Below, piece after piece: positions 60,201-64,000 of a stretch of 64,000 nt of DNA (positions are counted from its first letter, which is position 1; each line of letters starts with the position of its first letter). The stretch spans positions 736,001 through 800,000 of the forward strand of contig OY970172.1 in NCBI GenBank assembly GCA_963707655.1, read 5' to 3'. The notes under the pieces were generated by a model, which did not search any database, was not told the DNA's origin, and was given only the letters and a program-made list of their open reading frames with translations. The DNA comes from an uncultured bacterium (GTDB taxonomy: Bacteria; Babelota; Babeliae; Babelales; Vermiphilaceae). The position numbers and the translations under genes were made by a program.

Positions 60201-60313
60201 TGGAAACGTTCCAAAATAATAAAAATGTCGGCATCAAGACTGAGGTCCCAACGCCAAGTCCATCGTCGCGTTCGTTATTCCCCATGTCCTTTGGATCATC
60301 GGAACAGCTATAA
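57227..60313 (+). CDS. Secreted Pro/Gln-rich protein with a C-terminal PPP-family Ser/Thr phosphatase domain
   Basis: ADIHG, LGDYVDRG, ARGNHE, CHGG, FLWND, FRAHQ; signal peptide LHG|MAQ. Confidence 0.88.
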   Translation: MNFKTILYTFMLMLTPALLHGMAQPPQPVQSIANDAKARVTEAIQKNDFAAAQKVINELQITHQSVRAPGPASVLADMVKQLQVILQQAMANYQQLNQPIAPAPQPALVLPAPKFNPQAGMLPKPQPAPSTPAPMAYPQAGILPTPQPMPGVIPAPKFNPQAGMLPKPQAAPSAPAPVVYPQAGRLPAYQPVPVSYSQQPAQSPTAQLMPGVVPGRLPILQPASPNTPATPQIMPGQQLQGQPTPVGYPQAGRLPTPAAPVVNPPQQAPSLRGQPVVPAHVLATMAKNKPALYPAMAYLGQYMQSPAPSAPANIAAGQLQVPAANEIPTSIENLSEMEAKTAIIKALLHGIEQGIRAGNTFNAIAAKNCWLQHVMQEWGAGAAYQKYVEDTIIKGVKSRYGSLDTSNQNTVNAFIRASASDPLFAAAYIFTLDKAAFPTVANTIKSYQVFNPLQNQIDQFIKDQEYEKAISYAYLFKDLSSIYRENRSPQQNTAGNPFLLDTLTMAPDTFKNIDEQLKGLLRVNDNTKIREMINNLYAEKKYITASYVWMISSAYNVVYSQIPAATSANQPAASEITDSAPFNIAFDQWYSSCNAALQNSAVKPLSFDAFKQAMNIFINKTKARFANANKWFNTDNLNTNIPEGNIPYVERVHIPKGSIVGFHADIHGNVQALNSYLRALADKGYLDKQNQFKIADPNFYLIFLGDYVDRGIFGVEVLYTLMRLKLTNPDRVFLARGNHEDADFQNVLPNGLLTREVATKFGVQIENELAKLLPSLYNCLPVALYTQVGNAAKKEYILCCHGGWDVGYDPVPFLTANKTYHAFDTLHYKDILDQLPGDIRTTLQSFANRYPRGAGKYTQNPKITDITSLDFLWNDFYYEDETTVAEFMDGRGLQMGQPLIQALRSLTAHNGINIQAIFRAHQHSGLSRAPMWMRAMVDNKVTKLWPLARSADPALWLGMVITFLVSPNEGYPNTFDSWGELHVGDDFVSSSMETFQNNKNVGIKTEVPTPSPSSRSLFPMSFGSSEQL
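57557..57778 (+). repeat. Tandem duplication with a 129-bp (43-aa) period
   Basis: CCTGCACCTAAATTTAATCCCCAAGCTGG at 57557 and 57686. Confidence 0.9.
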
Positions 60314-60322
60314 AAAGACGGA

Positions 60323-60363
60323 TTGAAAAGCTCTCGCGCATCCAACTGACGAGAGCTTTTCAA
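60323..60363. terminator. Bidirectional terminator
   Basis: TTGAAAAGCTCTCG/CGAGAGCTTTTCAA between convergent genes. Confidence 0.8.
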
Positions 60364-61385
60364 TCTTTAGGCCCTATTGCTTTGGGAACTTCTTTGACTA
60401 CGTCTTTGGCATCTTTATCATCACGCAGTCCTTTATAGCGCCCTACGCGAAGCTTATTTGCTTGTGTCCAATTTGCAAAATGGACCTCGGCTACCATTAC
60501 AGGCTTCACCCAGAAAATATCTTTTGTCTCTCCATCATAATTACTAAAAGGGCATTTTGCGGTAGTTATTTTTGCCAATTTTTTTCCAAGCATTTCAAGC
60601 ACCGTCTGAGTATAACCGGTACCTACCTTGCCCGCGTATACAAGTTTTCCTTTATCGTAGTAGCCGACCAACAGAGCGCCAAAATATGTACGCGCACCTT
60701 TGGGTTTGGTGTACCCACCAATAACCAATTCCTGTTGCATGATGCATTTGAATTTAAGCCAATCGTGTGAGCGAACCCCAACATAGGTGCCATCGATACG
60801 TTTTGCAATAAGTCCTTCCCATTTCAGTTGGCACGCCTTTTTAAAAAATGCTACGCCATTGCCCACTTTATGTTCGGTGTAGACAAGCATTTTATTGTAA
60901 TCAAGCAGCTTTTTTAAGAGCTCCTTGCGCGCATACAGTGGCAAATTGCGTATATCATATCCTGCAACATACATGAGATCAAAGATACAATATTGAATCG
61001 GAATACTTTTTTCTTTTGTTGTACCGGCTTGGCTATTGATCCGGCCCTGCAACAATTGAAAATCTGATACCCCCGCTTTGTTTTTGCTTACTATTTCACC
61101 ATCGATAATAAAATTATCTGCTTTCTGCTTGAGCAAGGCATCTACCAGCTCGGGATAGGTATTATTCATGCTTTTTTGATTGCGCGATACAAGATATACT
61201 TTGCCTTTTTTCTTAATCACCAGGCAGCGTTCCCCATCAAACTTGTGTTCGTAAAGCCAATCATTGCGGGAGAAATACTCTTTTGTGAGAGTCGCCAGCA
61301 TGAGTGGCATGAATAACGGTTCGTCTGTTTTTTTACGTTTTTTTAAATTTTCTGCAGAGAGGCCGGTAAATAGATCTTTTTTCAT
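60360..61385 (-). CDS. ATP-dependent DNA ligase (LigD ligase domain only)
   Basis: YEHKFDGER (motif I Lys), IIDGEI, IFDL, EGLIAK, WLKFK, GKVGTG. Confidence 0.92.
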   Translation of the reverse strand: MKKDLFTGLSAENLKKRKKTDEPLFMPLMLATLTKEYFSRNDWLYEHKFDGERCLVIKKKGKVYLVSRNQKSMNNTYPELVDALLKQKADNFIIDGEIVSKNKAGVSDFQLLQGRINSQAGTTKEKSIPIQYCIFDLMYVAGYDIRNLPLYARKELLKKLLDYNKMLVYTEHKVGNGVAFFKKACQLKWEGLIAKRIDGTYVGVRSHDWLKFKCIMQQELVIGGYTKPKGARTYFGALLVGYYDKGKLVYAGKVGTGYTQTVLEMLGKKLAKITTAKCPFSNYDGETKDIFWVKPVMVAEVHFANWTQANKLRVGRYKGLRDDKDAKDVVKEVPKAIGPKD

Positions 61386-61442
61386 TTATTTTTTCCCCCT
61401 GTCATACTATACAATACAGATCCTGATGTTCTACATAAAATT

Positions 61443-61478
61443 TAAAGGGGCAAAACAGAGAAGAGTCTTGCCCCTTTA
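61443..61478 (-). terminator. Probable terminator
   Basis: TAAAGGGGCAA/TTGCCCCTTTA. Confidence 0.55.
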
Positions 61479-61496
61479 TGCGCGATATTGGTTACA

Positions 61497-61838
61497 TTAC
61501 TTAATCATTGCAAGCAATTGTTCCGCTGCTTTTTTGATCTCTTGATCCCCATCTTGGCCGGCTTGTTTTATTGCAACAAGCAGGGCGCTTTTATGCACTA
61601 CGCTAAAATCGCCAAATGGGTAAACAAATTTTGATTTATCTTTTGGGTCTGCGTCTGTATTGGTCCCCAGAAACCAGGTGCCATATTGCTCAAGGCCGTG
61701 GGTATTCAGGTAGCGGACCTGTTCACTCGGAGTTGCCTGTACTTCATCCCAGTTATTGGTATCGTGTTCAATTTCGAGCCCTTTTTTAATCATTGATGCG
61801 GCAAGATCATAGGCTGCTTTATTTAATTTTATAGCCAT
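61497..61838 (-). CDS. Hypothetical protein, 113 aa
   Basis: AAGGAG RBS; globular composition (YGTWFLG, YPFGDF..VH). Confidence 0.8.
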   Translation of the reverse strand: MAIKLNKAAYDLAASMIKKGLEIEHDTNNWDEVQATPSEQVRYLNTHGLEQYGTWFLGTNTDADPKDKSKFVYPFGDFSVVHKSALLVAIKQAGQDGDQEIKKAAEQLLAMIK

Positions 61839-62016
61839 GAAATCTCCTTTTTTTGGAAAAAATTAAGATATAATTCTTTTTTGTAGCCTATATGGTCGCC
61901 CTCCTAAAAGTCAATTATCCGAATGGATGGGACAAGGATTATTTTCATACGTTTTCCACCAATTATTGCATTTGTTATGAGCCGATTTATGTGTTATAAT
62001 TTCTATTAAATAATTA

Positions 62017-63306
62017 ATGAATGAGGCAAAAACCATGGATCGATCATACCCAAACAGTCCCGGGGTCTATTTCTTCAAAGACCAGAACAATGTCATTATT
62101 TATGTTGGTAAGGCGCTTTCTTTGCGCGACCGCATTCGTTCCTACTTTCAAAAAACAACCTCCGGCGATTTTCGATCTGACTGGAAGGTCAAATCTTTGC
62201 AAGAAGAATATCGGACCATTGAAGTGATAGTCACCGCCAATGAGACCGAAGCCCTTTTATTGGAAGCGCAACTAATCAAGGAGCATCAACCCAAATACAA
62301 TGTGTTGCTCAAAGACGGACAGCCTTTTTTATATATTATGATTACCGGCGGACACTTGCCGGAATTTAAAATTGTACGTAATAAAAAGCTAAAAGGGCGT
62401 TATTTTGGCCCTTTTATAGAAAAAATGCAAGCGCGCAAAGTATACAGCTTTTTACAGCAAACTTTTCAGCTCACCTTGTGTAAAATGAAGATTGAGCAAG
62501 GGTGTCTAAAATACCACTTGGGTACCTGTGCCGGCAACTGCCGACCCGATTTTAATGCCGCCGATTATCAATTTAGAGTCAATCTGGCTCTTGCCGCGCT
62601 TACTGATGATCAGGTAGCTTTTAAAAAACAGATACAAGAAAAGATCGTTGATTACAATCGCCAATTTTTATTTGAAAAAGCAAAGCATTTGCATGAATAT
62701 TTACTGAATATCCAACACATTTTCAGAGTATTGAAAATCCGTTTTTCTGAAGATAAATTTGCGGCTCAGGTTGCACGCATTACGGCGCCACAAACAATCC
62801 CTGCCGACATGCAGGCTCTGGCCACAGAGCTACAAAACTTTTTGGGTGTTGAAAAGCCACTCATCACGATTGATTGTTTTGACATCTCCCATTTTCAGAG
62901 CCAGGCAATAGTTGGTTCTTGCGTGCGCTTTACCAATGGGACACCCGACAAACGAAAATTTCGTCATTTTAAAATTAAAACACTACAAGAACAAAATGAT
63001 TATGCGGCACTGCATGAAATTGTGCTCCGCCGCTACAAAGAGGGAAACGATCTTCCTGATTTAATTCTTATTGACGGAGGCAAGGGTCAATTAAATGCAG
63101 TCAAGCACCTTTATCCGCAAGCACTTTTTGTCTCATTGGCAAAGCGTGAGGAGACATTATACTCTCCTACATTTCCTGATGGCAAAAAGCTTGATCTTCA
63201 TACCGGCGTTGGGCGATTATTAATTGGACTGCGTGATTATGCGCACCATTTTGCTATCACCTATCATCGCAAAAGAAAACAAATGATATTTAAAGGAGCG
63301 GTATGA
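62017..63306 (+). CDS. uvrC: Excinuclease ABC subunit C, short form
   Basis: GIY-YIG (PGVY..IYVGKA), [42 protein letters not shown]. Confidence 0.92.
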   Translation: MNEAKTMDRSYPNSPGVYFFKDQNNVIIYVGKALSLRDRIRSYFQKTTSGDFRSDWKVKSLQEEYRTIEVIVTANETEALLLEAQLIKEHQPKYNVLLKDGQPFLYIMITGGHLPEFKIVRNKKLKGRYFGPFIEKMQARKVYSFLQQTFQLTLCKMKIEQGCLKYHLGTCAGNCRPDFNAADYQFRVNLALAALTDDQVAFKKQIQEKIVDYNRQFLFEKAKHLHEYLLNIQHIFRVLKIRFSEDKFAAQVARITAPQTIPADMQALATELQNFLGVEKPLITIDCFDISHFQSQAIVGSCVRFTNGTPDKRKFRHFKIKTLQEQNDYAALHEIVLRRYKEGNDLPDLILIDGGKGQLNAVKHLYPQALFVSLAKREETLYSPTFPDGKKLDLHTGVGRLLIGLRDYAHHFAITYHRKRKQMIFKGAV

Positions 63307-64000
63307 GCCCTGAACAATTTACCAATGCCAGCCAAGAACTTATTAACGCCAGTGCCACCATTGCGCGCGAACATCATCACGGTACACTGTTGCCGATTCA
63401 TACACTAGCCGCCGGCCTTAACCAAAGTTTGTGCCTCGATTTTTTTAGCACACTAGGTGTACCCGTTGAGCAATTAAAAAATATAGTTGAAAAAGAGCTC
63501 GCAAAATTGCCCCAAGTGAAGGGGAGCGAGCTTGCTGTTGACCCGTCACTCGATACCTTTTTGCGTGCATGCAAACAAGAAGCAGATGCCTTGGGAGATG
63601 CTTACATCAGTCTTGAGCAATTTTTAATTCAGTGGGTCAGCAACAGTGTAATGCCAAGCTCAATACAAGATTTTTTTAAGAACTTAAAAATTAACAAAGC
63701 AACTGTTCTTGCTTATTTAAAAGAGTTGAGGAAAGGGAAAACCGTGACTGATAAAAATGCTGAAAACAAATATCAAATTTTAGAAAAATATTGTATCGAT
63801 GTCACTTCTCTTGCGCGCCAGGGCAAGCTGGATCCGGTGATTGGTCGCCATGAAGAAATTAGACGCGTGATTCAAATTTTGTCCCGCCGCACTAAAAACA
63901 ATCCGGTTCTTATTGGAGAGCCCGGTGTGGGCAAGACGGCAATAGTAGAGGGCATCGCACAACGCATTATTAATCATGATGTGCCGGAAAGTTTACAGAA
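63303..64000 (+). CDS. clpB: ClpB chaperone, 5' part (runs off the window)
   Basis: ATGA overlap with the uvrC stop; manual translation MSPEQFT...[49 protein letters not shown]. Confidence 0.9.
   Translation, partial: MSPEQFTNASQELINASATIAREHHHGTLLPIHTLAAGLNQSLCLDFFSTLGVPVEQLKNIVEKELAKLPQVKGSELAVDPSLDTFLRACKQEADALGDAYISLEQFLIQWVSNSVMPSSIQDFFKNLKINKATVLAYLKELRKGKTVTDKNAENKYQILEKYCIDVTSLARQGKLDPVIGRHEEIRRVIQILSRRTKNNPVLIGEPGVGKTAIVEGIAQRIINHDVPESLQ

Overview
This AT-rich bacterial window looks like the genome of a host-dependent, protist-infecting bacterium, most likely Dependentiae/Babeliae (TM6). That assignment is an inference from gene content: ankyrin and WD40 proteins, many orphan signal-peptide proteins, and two paralogous large outer-membrane barrels. 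Housekeeping and envelope genes include batA-D, plsC, topA, mgtE, an RluA-family synthase, tamB, gspE/pilB, bamD, yraN, cdsA, hisS, pgeF, glyA, glnA, an M23 peptidase, a LigD-type ligase, uvrC, the 5' part of clpB, tRNA-Glu and tRNA-Lys. They are interleaved with about 25 putatively secreted proteins. Main observations: (1) about 11 secreted proteins have Met right after the predicted signal-peptidase site, and some carry eukaryotic targeting motifs (C-terminal CaaX, cryptic MGxxxS, C-terminal NPFxD); (2) an autotransporter-like passenger ends in an FN3-like domain instead of a beta-barrel and is followed directly by a small stand-alone barrel gene, inside a 6.1 kb segment bounded by a 53 bp direct repeat; (3) there are candidate secreted enzymes and adaptors (Skp1/BTB-WD40, PPP phosphatase, glutamine synthetase, 2OG-Fe oxygenases, GNAT, PLD nuclease); (4) there are two promoter-and-terminator-bounded small-RNA candidates. 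Frameshifts in topA and gspE look like sequencing or assembly indels. No CRISPR array, rRNA, integrase or transposase was seen. All calls come from reading motifs by eye; no searches were run.
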